Positions 47,060 to 60,713 of a stretch of DNA of 64,000 nt are shown one piece after another. The notes beneath the pieces are model-generated. The model was given only the letters and a program-made list of their open reading frames with translations, was not told the origin of the DNA and ran no database searches. How positions within the stretch are numbered: position 1 is the stretch's first letter; the number at the start of each line of letters is the position of its first letter. Origin of the DNA: Torpedo marmorata (lineage: Eukaryota); the NCBI GenBank assembly GCA_977017645.1, contig OZ360223.1, positions 107,384,001 to 107,448,000 of the forward strand. Direction: 5' to 3'. Made by a program: the position numbers and the translations under genes.

Positions 47060-48590
47060 TAGAATATAGAGAACAGCACAGAAACAGGTTCTTCAGCCCA
47101 CATGTCTGTGCTGAACATGATGTCCAAATCAAATTAAAAATCTGCTGCTTGCACCTGATAGATATTCCTCCATCCCTTTCATTTAATTTTTTTAATTTAA
47201 ATTTTAAATTTAGACATACAGCATGGTAACAGGTCCTTTCGGCCCACGAGCCCATGCCACCCAATTAATCCCAATTGACATACAACCCCAGTATGTTTTG
47301 AAGGGTAGGAGGAAACCAGTGCACCCCGAGGAAACTCACGCTGACACAGGTAGAACGTACAAACTCCTTACAGACAGCACCGGATTTGAACCCGCGTCGC
47401 TGCCGCTGTTACAGCGTTGCGCTGACCCCTACGTGTATTCGTGTATCTATCTGGAAGCCTCTTAAACACTACGATTGTATCTGCTTCCACCACTACCCCT
47501 GGCAGCCCGTTCCAGACATCCACCATTCTCTGTGTAAAATATTTGCCTCGCACATCTCCATTAAACTTCCTCCCCCTCACCTTAAACATGTCATCTGGCG
47601 TATGATGCTCTTCCCCAGGCAAAGGTTCTGATTGTCCACCCTTTCAATGCTTCTCATGATTTTATAAACTTCAATCAGGTCACCTCTCAGGCTCCAGTGC
47701 TCCAAAGAAAACAACCCAAGTTTGTCCGATCTATCCCCATAACTCGTCCCCTCTAATCCAGACAATATCCTGGTAAACCTCTTCTGTACCCTTTCCAAAG
47801 CCTTCACATCCTTCCTGTAATGGGGTAACCAGAATTGCACACAGTATTCCAAGTGTGGCCTAATCAAATTTTCATATGGCTGCAACATGACTTCCTTATA
47901 TACTCAATGCCCCACCCAATGAAGACAAGCATACTGTATACCTTCTTTATCACCCAATCTATTTGCAAGGATCTATGGTTCTAGATGCCCATCAATACTT
48001 TTAAGAGTCCTGCCATTAACTGTATACATTCCCCTTACATTTGACCTTCCAAAGTGAAATACCTCACACTGTCTGAACATAGAACACTGCAGCACAGTAC
48101 AGGCCCTTTGGCCCTCGATGTTGTGCCGATCTATATATTCTTACAAAAAACGAAGCCCTTCCTACCTCGTAACCCTCTATTTTTCTTTCATCCATGTGAT
48201 TAAGAGTCTCTTAAATGCCCCTAATGTTTCAGCCTCCACCACCACCACTGACAAAGCATTCCAGGCAGCCACAACTCTCTGTGTAAAAAAAAAACTTACC
48301 CCTGATGTCTCTCCTAAACTTTCCTCCCTTCACTTTGTACACATGTCCTCTGGTGTTTGCTATTCCTGCCCTGGGAAAAGGGTGCTGGCTGTCTACCTTA
48401 TCTATGCCTCTCAGAATCTTGTAGACCTCTATTAAGTGTGGATTAAACTCCATCTGCCATTTCTCTGCCCATATCTATAATTGACCTATATCCTGTCGTA
48501 TTCTTTGATAACCCTCGTCACTGTCCACAACTCCACCAATCTTTATCATCTACAAACTTACTAACCCACCTACCTACTTTTTCATCCATT
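47060..48590 (-). mobile_element. Degraded CR1 containing a V-SINE and a second CR1 3' fragment (about 48075-48432)
   Basis: RPHLEYCVQFW..ERVQKRFTR (47577..47888); two CR1 3' ends (ACAGCACAG) near 47093 and 48090. Confidence 0.8.
47185..47430 (-). mobile_element. V-SINE (HE1-like)
   Basis: Reverse-complement homolog of 38521-38780. Confidence 0.85.
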
Positions 48591-49613
48591 TCTATCTTCA
48601 ACATCTTTGTGAATCATTTTTGCTTCTCCTGTGTTACCACGTCCTGTAATTTGGTGAACTATGATGTGCTAGCCATGTGTCAGCCTGCACGTGATTACAA
48701 CTGGAGATGAAGTTCACCATGCAATGAAAGGCACAAGTAAAATATTGAAAGGCAAAATTCCCATGTCAGAATTTCCAATGCTAATATTTGAGTAACTGGA
48801 ATCGTACCCACCATCAAAAAAAAGTTGTTAAAATAGTTCTGTTTAGCAACAAGCAAATGCAGTTCTTTCTCAGAATTAAGTTGGTGAAAAAGTGTGATTT
48901 AGGTTTCAGAGAAAGAGGAGGAATGGAGAATACAAGGAATTCTCACGTGACAGAGCAGAGACCAAAACCTGAAAGCAAAAATAATGCCAATGTTTGAAAT
49001 CCAAAATTAAAACAGAAATAAAAATCTAAAAGCATCTTTCCAGCATTTTCTGTTTTCATTTCGTGTTTTCAGCATCTTCTGTTCTTGGTTTTTAGACCAC
49101 TAAAATCTACCATTGTTTGGAAAGAGAATTAGAAGCAGCCAAGTTAGCAAACGAAAAAAATCATTGTCAGAACAAGCTAATTTTATTTAAGGATGAGTAA
49201 AAGCAGAGCAGAAATGATATCTGGCAATTTTATAAAGCTGTGATGGTGGGGTGGAAGGTAATAGGTCAAATTCCCCTCTTGCCTTTTGACTAAAAACACG
49301 TTTTTAAAAACACTTTTTGTATCCAAAGGTTGGGTTACGTGAAAAAGATTGAGAGCAAAAGGTTGAATGTTGAGAAGTTAAATTTCAAGGGCACGTGTTT
49401 CTGTTCAGAGTCTGCCAAGGCTACTATTATGTTGAATTGGAAATATGCCTCGATTGGGAAACTAAAAAATGTTACAATGTGAGTGATTATTGATCACTGG
49501 GTTTGATTGCCTTCGTGCAAGGCATCTTATAATTCACTGCATTAAAGACCACACAATGCAAGTTGTTGTGGAGTTCTAATCGACTTCATGTATTTGCCTT
49601 AACTGCAACATAC

Positions 49614-49708
49614 GTATCGTGGAGTCAAACCCTCGCAAGTTTAACCTCGATCCAGCAGAATTGAGTAAAAGGAAAGCGTTCATCACCAGTACCAAACAAA
49701 TTGTAAAG
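49614..49708 (+). CDS. STX6: Syntaxin-6 exon 3
   Basis: (S)[31 protein letters not shown]; 95 nt; donor AAG|gtaagt. Confidence 0.95.
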
Positions 49709-50094
49709 GTAAGTCCTGGTGATAGATTTGAAGAAAGGCATAAAAGCGAGTGCTTTGTGTGAGCTCTGGTAGTGAGACCCAGAGGTTTTAGGCCATGGGA
49801 AGATGAGGATCCACAGTCTCCCTTTGGGCAAGGACACGATGGGGCAAATAAGCAGAAGTTGGAAGATTGTGAGGAGAGGGAGAACAGCCGCTTTATTACT
49901 AAAGGTGTACTAGTTCCAGGAATTACTGTGGCGAAAGGTTGTAGTTGCTTAATTTGTTAGCATAGAAGCTGAATTGATAACCAGAGAATGGGTTTAAATC
50001 CCATGCAAATTAAAATCAATGTGCTGCAGTCAGATTGTAATTAAAAATCAAACTTGTACTGATGCAGTTAAGGGAAGGAAACCAGGTATCATTA

Positions 50095-50925
50095 CTCAGT
50101 GTGGCCTCCTCTGCATTGCTAATACCAAGCGTAAACTAAGCTGCCACTTTGCCGAGATCCACAATGGTCATCTGGAGCTCCCTGTTGCCAGCCGTTTCAT
50201 TTTCCCTTCCCATTACCCATACCAACCCCTGTGTCCAAAGCGTCATCCATTGCCAGGTTGAGGCCCCATGGAAACTAGGAGAAAAGCACCTAGTATTCTA
50301 TCTGGGTAGTGTACAATGCAATGGCATGTAGGTTGAATTCTCCAGTTTCAGGTAACGTGCTCCCCCTGTTTCTTTCTCCTGATCCATCCAGCTCCTCTCT
50401 CACACACCCTTCTGTCCAGCCCACCCCCCCCCCCTCCCCAGCCTCCTCTTACCCAGTTTCATTCCCCTCCCCACCGACTCCAGCTATCATCACCCACACA
50501 CTCCTCCCCCTGGTTCCCCTAACTCCTCCTCCACTGTTCCCATCTGCCCACCATCCCCTCCTTATCTGATCCTACTCACACCTTCCTTTCTTATCAGATT
50601 CCATAATCTGTAGCCCTTTGTTACGTCCCACGTCGTCTCCCAGCCTCTGTTGTTATTTTTACTGTTCCCTCCCCCCAGCTGGCTCCATCTGCCCATCAAT
50701 CCATCTCACCTTGATCCACCTTTCACTTGCCATCACTTGACTCACGACCCCTCCCCACATTTCTTTAGACTGGTTATCTCCTTTCTACTCTTGCAGTCCA
50801 GACAAAGGGGCTCGACCTAGAATGTTGACTGTCCATTTGCCTCCACAGGTGCTGCCTGATCTGCTGAATTCCTGTTCAGGTTTATTTGCTCCAGATTCCA
50901 GTATCTGCAGTATCTTGTGTCTCCG
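50095..50925 (+). mobile_element. Degraded Penelope-like element 3' fragment
   Basis: QCGLLCI..TKRKL..F and KLGEKHLVFYLGS resemble the GIY-YIG end of the element at 60918-61345; pyrimidine-rich tail and TGCTGCCTGATCTGCTGA terminal motif. Confidence 0.7.
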
Positions 50926-51516
50926 TCATTACCCTGTGTTATCTGAACTAAAATTCTTTACGGAAGGAAAGGGCAGGTAGAGCATGGGCTAAATAAACAG
51001 CAAATCTCCCTCTGCAATTTTTCATTTCCTGATCCTACATTTCACTCTAAACTGCCCTCTGGCTTGTTCCAGCCCTGCCATCGGTTGTGAAGGAAATGAT
51101 AACAGATTGGCAAAGCCGAATATGTTAAATGTGAAAGATTTTATTATGCTAATGCTGTATGATGGTCTTCACACAGTTTATACTCTTAATTATGGTATTG
51201 CTGATATCTTGTGGAAGGAAAATTTGGAGTGGGTACATAACTCCTGCAAATATGTTTATGACTCGTTCTTTATTGAGTACTGTACTGCATGGCCTACCTT
51301 GATTGTAGGCATAGTTTAACTCTCAAATCTGAGGCTATTCACGCTTCCAGTGAATGTGACCATCTATTGCTTAAAGTTGTCTTGCTCTTGTCTTGGAGAG
51401 GTTGAGGGAGTGGTAGAACTCTATTGGTCATGTAGACACTATTACAGAATGACTAGTGTGGGAAGTGCAAAAATATACTGGGAGTGTTGCTGAAAGGTTT
51501 AAGAGGGAGCATTGCT

Positions 51517-52616
51517 CAACAGAGACAATTTATGTCTTTTGAGGGACTTAAAAATAAATATAATTTACCTAACAACACATTCTTCTGCTATCTCCAATTG
51601 CGATCCTTTTTGAGGGAAATGTGGGGACCAATGGTCCTACCAATGTGCTCAGACATGGAAATTCTAATTCGAAATGGGAATGCAACCAAATCTATCTCTA
51701 ATTATATATGCTCTGATCCAAGATCAAAGCCCAAAACCTGGATTACATAGATCGAGGGAGAGATGGGAATCGGATTTGGGCATTGTAATCGATCCACAAT
51801 GCTGGTCAGGTCTATGTGTAGATAGCATGACTACCTTAATTAATTCTGGATATAGACTGATTCATTATAATTTTCTGCACCAATTACATCTCACACCTCA
51901 AAAGATACATAAAAATAAACCAGAATTTTATGATAGGTGTTTTAGGTGTGGTATAGATATTGGTACCTTTTTACATTCCACCTGGTTATGCATGAAATTA
52001 AGACCCTTTTGGATAGAATTGGGGGAAGTGTTGACAAAAATTGTGGGGGTGAACTTCCCTCTAGACCCGGAATTGTTTCTTCTGGGGAATTTGACAGTTA
52101 TAAAAGTTAACTTCTCCAGAAGTAAATTTATTAAAATTGCGTTGTCAATAGCCAGTAAATGTATAGCGGTAACATGGAAATCCGATTCCCTACTTCACAT
52201 TGATCATTGGAACATGGAAGTGCAAAGTTGTATTCCCTTGAGAAGATTATAGACTTAGGAATAGATATAGTATGTTCGTCGAAATTTGGCAACCTTATTT
52301 AGATTAATTAAATGCCCAGATTGTATAATTTATTTTGATATTTGTCAATTAGTATACTCCTTATTAGAAATGTAATACTTTTAAAATGATGTGATCTCCC
52401 TCTGTTCCCTGCTGTCTGTCCCCTTTTCTTTCGAATCTTGGGAGGGGGCACTGGGAGAAGAGGGACTCTACTTTCCTTTTTATTGTATTTTTTTATTTTT
52501 TTCGGACCTTATGAATGTTTTTCTATGATTTTATATTCAATGTATTATTGTTATTATATTAATTGAGTCCTATATTTTGTATTTTCTTAAAACGTAAATA
52601 AAATATTCAAAAAAAA
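51517..52616 (+). mobile_element. 5'-truncated L1 (different subfamily)
   Basis: 16-bp TSD AAGAGGGAGCATTGCT (51501-51516, 52617-52632); ORF2 C-terminus CFRC..FLHSTWLC; AATAAA and poly-A. Confidence 0.9.
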
Positions 52617-52814
52617 AAGAGGGAGCATTGCTGTGTGTTTAACCCATGCTATACCTTCCCATCCCTAAGATTTTTAGTACGTTAGTTGTGATTGGGTCAA
52701 TCCAGAGTTTGCATTGAAAAGCTACTTACCCTTAACTGCATCAATGTAGGCACCATTGGAACTAATTGGTTGGTTAAAGGGGGATCCACAGCTCAGTGCA
52801 ATGGTTAACGTTCC

Positions 52815-53200
52815 TTTTCAAGTTTATTGTCACATTTACCAAAGTATAGTGAGGAAGTCATTTTGCATGCAATCCAGCGAGTCAACTTGTACACAGTACA
52901 GCAGTTGAAAACACTAGTACAGACTGCAGAGTTACAGAGAGAGATCGGTTAGAATAGAGCAAAGGCAACATTATTTTACAAATGTGAGGTTTGTTCAGGA
53001 GTCTGATGAAGACGGGAACAAAACCGTCCTTGAATCTGGTGGTGCGCGATCTCACGCTCATGAATTCTCTTCCACATGCGAGGATGGAGAAGAGAGCATG
53101 GCGGGGGTGAGATGAATTCTTTCGCACGTTGGCTGCATTTCTGAGGCAGCGGGAAGTGTTGATGGAGGGGGAGGGGTGGGTCAGGGTGATGGTTTGAACT
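52815..53200 (-). mobile_element. Old Rex1-like 3' fragment
   Basis: SRCLRNAANVRKNSSHPRHALFSIL...SRTTRFKDGF. Confidence 0.7.
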
Positions 53201-53258
53201 GCGCGAGATTTGCAGATGTCTGCTGGAGCAAAACCTGATCTGTTCATTGTGTTCACAG

Positions 53259-53321
53259 GAAATGAAAGATCACATGTCTAGTTCCTCGATGCAAGCATTG
53301 GTGGAGCAGAAAAACCGACAG
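53259..53321 (+). CDS. STX6: Syntaxin-6 exon 4
   Basis: cacag|EMKDHMSSSSMQALVEQKNRQ|gtgtgg; 63 nt. Confidence 0.93.
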
Positions 53322-53629
53322 GTGTGGGGCTTTCATTAGACCTTTATTATTGATTGTGAAGCTTTGTGCTTAACTGGCAGCGCAGCTGGAATTTTTCCAC
53401 AGCCTTTTGGATACCGTCAATTGGATAAACAAGCCACAGCCTCCTAGTGGGTTTCCCTGATGAGATCATTGTCAATGATGTGAGCACTCTTTCAGGATTG
53501 TGCAGATTAGCAAAGAGTTCTGTCCCCTAGTTCGGAATCACTTGCCTGGAAAATTAAAGCGCTCCTCAACACATCGACCTGCAGGTAGGAAACACATGCC
53601 CACTTTATCACAGTTAATCAGAACCACAA

Positions 53630-54226
53630 AAACGCAAGTTCTGCAGATGCTGGAATCTTGAACAAACAATAATCTGCTGGAGGAACTCAACAGGTCAGGC
53701 AGCACTATGGGAGGAAATGGTCAGTCAAAATTTCAGGTCTGGTCTCTTTATTGTTGCTTGATGAAGGATCTCAACTAAAACATTGACCATTTCTACCCAC
53801 GGATGCTGCCTGACCCACCGAGTTCCTCCATTAGTTAATTGTTTAATCAGAATCACATGTTCCTTAAAATCACTTCTGCTGACACTACATTATTTGCCTC
53901 TTCAGAAGGCTTCCTTATTTGGAGAGATGCCCCTAATAGTAGATTACAGATTGGTGTAGTACCAAGGTGTCCAGGCCAAATGGTTGATGGCTTCAAGCCA
54001 AACACAATCTGCTGGATAACTCAGCAGGTCAAACAGCATCAGTGGGAGGAAAAAGATTGGTTAACGATTTGAACCAAGAATTAAGAATTTTGGCTCGAAA
54101 CATCATTCATTCTTTTTCTCCCCCTGATGTTGCTTGACCCACTGATGTTGCTTGACCCACTGAGTTCCTCCAGTAGAATGTGCTTGGCTCCAGATTCCAG
54201 CATCTGCGATTTTCTGTGTGTCTCCA
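53630..54226. mobile_element. Two short inverted-repeat Penelope-derived elements (about 53630-53830 and 53998-54226)
   Basis: TGCTGGAGGAACTCA...TGAGTTCCTCCA in inverted arrangement. Confidence 0.55.
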
Positions 54227-55380
54227 GGTTGGTGACTTCATTTGACGGGCTTTTGGCTTAGTTGGGATGGTTGGATGGTTGACTCCAGAACGCAAGGAGA
54301 AGAAAATGCTCTTAATTTCTGCCTATAAAACCACAGCTAGGAATTCAATCCCATGGAATGCTGAGGACTTAACCTTTTGGCCCAGTGTTCTGGTGCACAA
54401 AATGTTCCCCTGGGCCAGCACCATGTCACTCAGCTGTTGTTCAGTGAGGACCATTCTTTTTTATCAGAATCAGAATTTATTGTCATGAACAAGTCATGAA
54501 ATTCGGTGTTATACAGAGGGTTGTGGGTATATGGAACAAGCTGCTGGAGGGGGTAGTTGAGACAGGGACTATTGTAATATTTTAAGAAACAGATACATGG
54601 ATAGGATAGGATTTGAGGGATATGAGTTAAACGGCAGGCAGGCGAGACTAGTGTACGTGTGGTTTTTTGGTCGGCGTGGCTAAGTTTCCACACTGAATGA
54701 TTGTGACTCTATTTGCCTTGGAGGCTGAAGATTGGGGGTTCAAATCTCCCTCCAGGATCATCAGCAATTAAACTAACCTGAAGTGTACGTGCTTCCTGTC
54801 TCTTAGACAAGACATTAACTAAGAGATCATTTTGCCTCTTCCCCTCCCTGCCTTATTCCCGTAGTGTACATAAAAGAACCCACAGCACTATTACATGGGG
54901 AGTTCTCGCTGATGTTCTCATTAATATTTATCTGATAACCAGCATCTTGAACTTAGTGACCTAGTCATAAACTACTCTGGGACCTCCAAAATTCCTGTCT
55001 GCACTATTGAAACACCACTTTTTTTTCTTTCCACTAACTGAAACTGTATTTACTTAACTGTCTATTCTGTATATTCATTATCCCTTTCTGCACTGAGGGA
55101 AATTTAATGTATGCTATTGCAGTTGATATATCTTGCGTACCTGTTTGGCTGCAACAAGCAAGAATTTTGGTGCATCTGTACATTATACTTGTGGATATAA
55201 CAATAAACATTATCCCTTACCTCGTAAAAACAGCTAATCTGGCTCATTGACATTTTCAGGAACTTGGCTTGCATTCTCATGTACTACTTTGGCTGTAGAG
55301 CATTCTGTGATTTTCTGTATAATGTTCTTTTATTCTGTTTTCTTGTGTGGAAAATAGCACTTTTTATGCTGTTTGTGCAG

Positions 55381-55503
55381 GCACTGCTAAGCACCAAGGG
55401 AAGGCAGAGACCAAGCTCCGCTTCAGACAAATATAGCCGACTTGATCAAGAACTGCAAGCTGTGAATTCTCAGTTTATCGAAGACCAAAACATCCAACAG
55501 CAG
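55381..55503 (+). CDS. STX6: Syntaxin-6 exon 5
   Basis: tgcag|ALLSTKGRQRPSSASDKYSRLDQELQAVNSQFIEDQNIQQQ|gtaact; 123 nt. Confidence 0.93.
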
Positions 55504-55869
55504 GTAACTAGGCAGGGTGAGAGTAGAGGGTGGAAGTTGGAAAGTATTTGGGTATTCTTTGGTGTGCATGCATGTTGGGGGAATGAAGTATCGATTTCGC
55601 TCACAACACCCTCCCAGAAAGGCTTGAGTGGGGGAGGTGGAACCAATTGATAAGACTGTTTTGTTCTTCATTGCAGATTTGATTCTAAGGCTGTGCTGAG
55701 TCCATGATCTCAGCAGATGCACTGTTAAAAAGGTCTCATTGCGTTGGGGGAGAAAATGGAGGGGTGGGGGGCAAATTGTGGGTGAAATCGACGTAGGTTC
55801 CAGGTGTGTTCTGCAGTGTGCACGTTTGCAGATACAAGCTGAGCGCCAAGCTGAAGCATGACAGTCACC

Positions 55870-56118
55870 GTTTTAAAAATTAAATTTAGACATGCAACAC
55901 AGTAACAAGCCATTTCAGACCACGAGCCCGTGCCCCCCAATTACACCCAATTGACCTACAACTCCCGGTACGTTTTGAACGGTGGGAGGAAACCGGAGCC
56001 CCGGGAGGAAACCCATGCAGAGACGGGGAGAACGTACAAACTCCTTACAGAAGCACGGGATTCGAACTTCGGTCCCGATCGCTGGCACTATAACAGCGTT
56101 GCGCAAACCATGCCACCC
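55870..56118 (-). mobile_element. V-SINE (HE1-like)
   Basis: Reverse-complement V-domain and tRNA-like head. Confidence 0.85.
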
Positions 56119-56482
56119 CTTTTGCGTGAGGTGTCTGAGTGAATGCAAAGATTCAAGGAATCGTATCCAGCAAAAAAAGAAAAGCAATTTGATCAACATG
56201 AGGAGAAGCAGCAGACGATGGAAAAATCACTGCTCACTAGAAAATTTTTTGGGTCGTGGAGAATCTTTGTGTAGAGAAAAGGAAGAGTTTGTGGCGACTC
56301 CAGTGATGGTTATAGAAATGTAATAGTCTGTGTTGACATGCCGTGTTTTAGTGATAGGTGACTTAATGTAGGGCACGACCCTACCTTGCTGAAAGAGAGG
56401 ATAACCATGAAGGGGAGGGGCAAGGGACGTTTTCTCATGCTTTTGGGTCGTCAATTTTTTTTATGTCAATCATTGCACACAG

Positions 56483-56589
56483 CTGATCGTGGAGCAGCAG
56501 GATGATCAGCTGGAGTTGGTTTCAGGCAGCATCGGAGTTTTGAAGAACATGTCGCAGAAGATTGGCCATGAGCTTGACGAACAAGCAGT
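56483..56589 (+). CDS. STX6: Syntaxin-6 exon 6 (Qc-SNARE motif, first half)
   Basis: cacag|[36 protein letters not shown]|gtgagt; 107 nt. Confidence 0.95.
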
Positions 56590-57381
56590 GTGAGTGTTGT
56601 TTCAGCAATATGCTTTCCTTAAACTCCGTTCTTTCCCACCCCTGCAGTCCTCATTTTGCTTGGCTCTAAGGAAGTAAGCTTTGCTTTGATCTCTTTCACT
56701 TTTCATTTCTTTAATTTCCACCGACTTGTGTTGAAGTATAGTCCCACAACACTCAGCAGTCTGAAGCGAAGTGCCCACTTGGGCACTGGTCTAGATAACA
56801 AGAGTTAACAACCAGACTTGGTGCACACGTGTACTTGGTAAGGACAGCAGGTGACTGACTATCTTCAACCCTGAGGTTTCGGAGGTAGCTGTTGAGGGCG
56901 GCCACAACTTGGTTATTGATCTTTACAAAAAAGTAATAAGCCGACTGCTCTTGTCCCCCACAAAAGCTGTTGACGCAAGGGGTTAATTGGAAATCTCAAG
57001 CCTTTGATTCATTTTTATTGATCAAGAGATACAGACCAAAGTGATTGGATGGAGTTGTGATACAGACTTGCAATTTAATTGAATGGTGATGGAATCAAGG
57101 AAGTGAATGGTAATTCGTCTGTTCTAATGAAGGTTGAAGGAAGGGGTACTAATAGTAGAGAATATTTAGCTTGGTAATGATTTTGCGAACAAAGGAATAA
57201 GGAGAGGAGGGAATGGAGTGGAGTTATAGGGTAGAGAGATCAGGTATTATTTCCTGAGGAAATAGTGTGGGATAAAACATTTTCTGAGCAGATGCAGGCT
57301 AAGTTCAGATAGGTATGAATGAAGCCAGGCAAAGGTAGAGTCGCAAAATGGTTACATCACTGTTCTAGCAAAACAAAGGCC

Positions 57382-57685
57382 AGGATGGCACAGTGGTGCA
57401 GCTGGTAGAACACCAGCGACCCGGGTTCGATCCTGAGCTCTGGTACTGTTCCTGTGGAGTTTGCATGTTTTCCCCATGTCCGCATGGGTTTCCCCCCTGT
57501 GTGCTCCGGTTTCCTCTCATGTCCCAAAGACGTAGGTTAATTAGCTGCTGTAAATTGTCCCCCAGAGTGTTGGTGAGTGGTAGGATCTGGGAGTGGGAGA
57601 GTTGATGTGGAGAGAATAAAATGTAGAATGGACTGATGGTTGCCACGGACCCGATGGGCCGAAGGACCTGTTTCTGAGCTCTATC
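57382..57685 (+). mobile_element. Older V-SINE
   Basis: TGGCACAGTGGTGCAGCTGG head, GGTTCGATCC B-box, V-domain, CR1-like tail GGGCCGAAGGACCTGTT. Confidence 0.8.
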
Positions 57686-58619
57686 CCTCTCCCTGTCCAA
57701 GGTGAGAGTGATTGTAAGGTTCTCTCTCACTTTGGCAGCTGGGAATTTTAGTTCAGTGAATTAGGTAACTGCAAAATAAGTGCATATCAGTCCCGGTAAC
57801 AAGAAACTACAGGATTTTTGAAAGTAATGTTTTTGGGAAGGAAATGTGTCATCTATATTTGTTCTTGATCTGACTCCAGACCAAAGGTAATAAAATTAAC
57901 TCGTAACTTCCTTCTGAAACAGCCCAGGGAAATCACAGCGTTGAGAGGAAATTAAGGATGGAGCAATAAGTGGTGACCTTGTCAGTGACATCGAGATCCC
58001 AAAAATGAATGAATTCTATAAAAAGAGCCTAGGCAGAATTGGATTTTCAGTTCACTATTTGATGTCTATCATAGTGCCATCTGCACACATGACAGAGTGC
58101 AAATTGAACTGGGGAACCTCTGCTCTTGAGAACTAGCAATGCCTTTATTCGAGCCTTTGAGAGTGAGTGTCACTGGTTTGACCTTGGAACTTCTGACCTG
58201 AATGGGGGTTGTTCTCTTCCTGAGCCGTTTTCCTTGAGCCTCAACAATGATTAATGCTGATTGGGGATTTCCTGCCTTTACAGTGCTCTGATTTTCAGCT
58301 CCCAAGGATGGATGCAGTCATTAATTTGGGTGACGTGACAGGCAGGAATAGAATCAGCTGTGACTATGGAACTCCTTTGACCTGAGCAATGGGCTTTCAT
58401 AACAAAAAAAACAAAGATGTGGAATATACAGATGGAATTGACAGAGTCTGATGTGATTGTGAAGAACAGGAACTTCAGAACACAAGCATGGCTTGCAGGA
58501 GAACCATGTTGACACATATTTTACCATGACTTTACAACAAGTGTCTGCCATGTGTATGTTTGAGGGGGTGGTAGGTGTGATGGGTTTATTTGTTGGGATT
58601 GGAATGTGACGCTTATGTG

Positions 58620-58808
58620 AGATGAAATGTATTGCAATACACAAATGAGCTGGAGAAACTCAGCATGTCGCGCAGCTTCCATAGGAAGTAAAGGGTAACC
58701 AATGCCCAGGCCCAAAACATTGGGATGCTGCGTGACCTGCTGAGTTTCTCCAGCACATTTGCGTGTTGCACTCAACCCCAGCATCTGCAGATTTTCTTGT
58801 TTAACTCC
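58620..58808. mobile_element. Short inverted Penelope-derived element
   Basis: GCTGGAGAAACTCAGCA...TGCTGAGTTTCTCCAGC inverted repeat. Confidence 0.6.
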
Positions 58809-58859
58809 AGATGAAATATATTTGTTGTTTGTGAAGGAGAGGGATTTTCTTTGTGTATT

Positions 58860-60632
58860 TTATACTTGCATTAAAACCAAGAGGATGACTAGGTGGAGGA
58901 TAGGACCACTCAAGAACAAAGGAGGGAATTGAAGCTTGGAGTCCGAGGAAGTGGGTGAGGTACCAAATAAGCACTTTGTATCAGTATTCACCAAGGAGAA
59001 GCACATGGATGGTGATAAGGAACAGAGCGTGGTGAATGTCATGCGTTAGGGGATTTTGATATCAAGAAAGTGGTGGTGTTGAGTCTTTCGATGGATGAGT
59101 CATTAAGATGGACGTCCCATTGGCCTGATGGGATATATCCCTGGTGATGGAAAGAGGCAAGTGAGGAGATTGCTGGGGCCTTGATAAAGATCTTTGCATC
59201 CTCACTGGGGACAGGAGAGGTCCCAGAGGACTGAAGAGTGGCTAAAGCTGTACCTTTCACTCGAAAATGAAAAAAAAGGATCATCTGGGAAATTATAGGC
59301 CAGTGAGCCTCACATCAGTGGTGGGGAAACAATTGGAAAGGATACTTAGGGACAGGATTTGTGCACGTTTGGAAAGTCATGGTCAGGTTGGGGACAGTCA
59401 ACAAGGCTTTGTGAGGGGCAGGTCATGTCTTATCAATTTGGTGGAGTTTTTTTGAGGAGGTGACAAAGATGGTCGACGAGATTAGGGCAGTGGATGTTGT
59501 CTACATGGACTTTAGTAAAGTCTTTGACAAGGTCCCTCATGGTAGACTGATTCAGAAGGTGCAGATGCATGGGATCCATGGTAATTTGAAAGTTTGGCTC
59601 ATAGAGGACAGAGGGTCGTGGTGAAAGGATGTTACTTGAGCTGGAGGCCTGTGTCCAGTGATATTCCGCAAGGATCGGTGTTGCGACCCCAGTTTGTGAT
59701 TACAGTATGTGAATGACTTGGATGAAAAAGTAGATGGGTGGGTTAGTAAGTTTGAAGATTAATAAAAAATTGGTGGAATTGTGGACAATATACAGGAGTT
59801 ATCAAAGAATACAACAGGATATAGATCAGTTACAGATATGGACAGAGAAATGGAAGATGGAATTTAATCCAGACAAGTGTGAGATGTTGCACCTTGGGAG
59901 GGCAAATGTAAGGGAGACATGGCTGATTAATGGCTGGGAACTTAAAGGTATTGATGTGTAGAGGGATCTGGTCCATAGCTCATGGAAAGTGGCCACACAA
60001 GTAAAATGGTGGTAAAGAAGGCATTGGTATGCTTGCCTTTATTGGGCAGGACATGGACTATTAAAGTAAGGATGTCTTGTTGCAACTATAATAAAAGTTT
60101 GGTTTGGCCACACTAGGAATATTGTGTGCAATTCCAGTTGCCCCATTACAGGAAGGATGTGGTGGCTTTTGAAAGGGTACAGAAGAGGTTTACCAAAATG
60201 TTGCTGGCATTAGAGGGTGTGAGCTATGGGAGAGGTTGGACAAATTCAGGTTGTTTTCTCTGGAGCCTCGGAGGTTGAGGGGAGATCTGATAGTTTATAA
60301 AATTATGAGAGGCATTGATCAGGTGGAATCTTTTCCCCAGGGTAAAAGCATCACACACTAGAGGACGTGCTTTTACTGTGAAGGGGAGGAAGTTGTGCGG
60401 GCAAATATTTTACACAGAGAGTGGTGGGTGCCTGGAACGGGCTGCCAGGGGTAGTGGTGAAAGCAGATACAATAGTAGTGTTTAAGAGGCTTCGAGATAG
60501 ACACATGGCTATGAAGGGAACAGAGGGATATCTACCAGGTGTAATCAGCAGTTTTAGTTTCATTTGAATATCATGTTTGGCACAGACACGTGGGCTGAAT
60601 GGCCTGTTCCTGTGCTACTGTTCTGTGGTCTA
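58860..60632 (+). mobile_element. Degraded CR1 ORF2 and 3' UTR
   Basis: GNYRPVSLTSVVGK, GRSCLINLVEFF, KWKMEFNPDKC; many indels. Confidence 0.85.
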
Positions 60633-60713
60633 TCTGTTTGGAGGGAAAGGAAAGAAATGTGTATGCTGGTGGGAGTATTACCAGGAAAGAAGTCACAATA
60701 GCTTTATTTTTAG

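Larger units (their letters stand above)
37437..49613 (+). other. U12-type (minor spliceosome) AT-AC intron 2 of STX6
   Basis: 5' splice site ATATCCTTT; branch site GCCTTAAC at 49596-49603; terminal AC at 49612-49613; the joined frame reads DETI-S-IVE. Confidence 0.95.
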
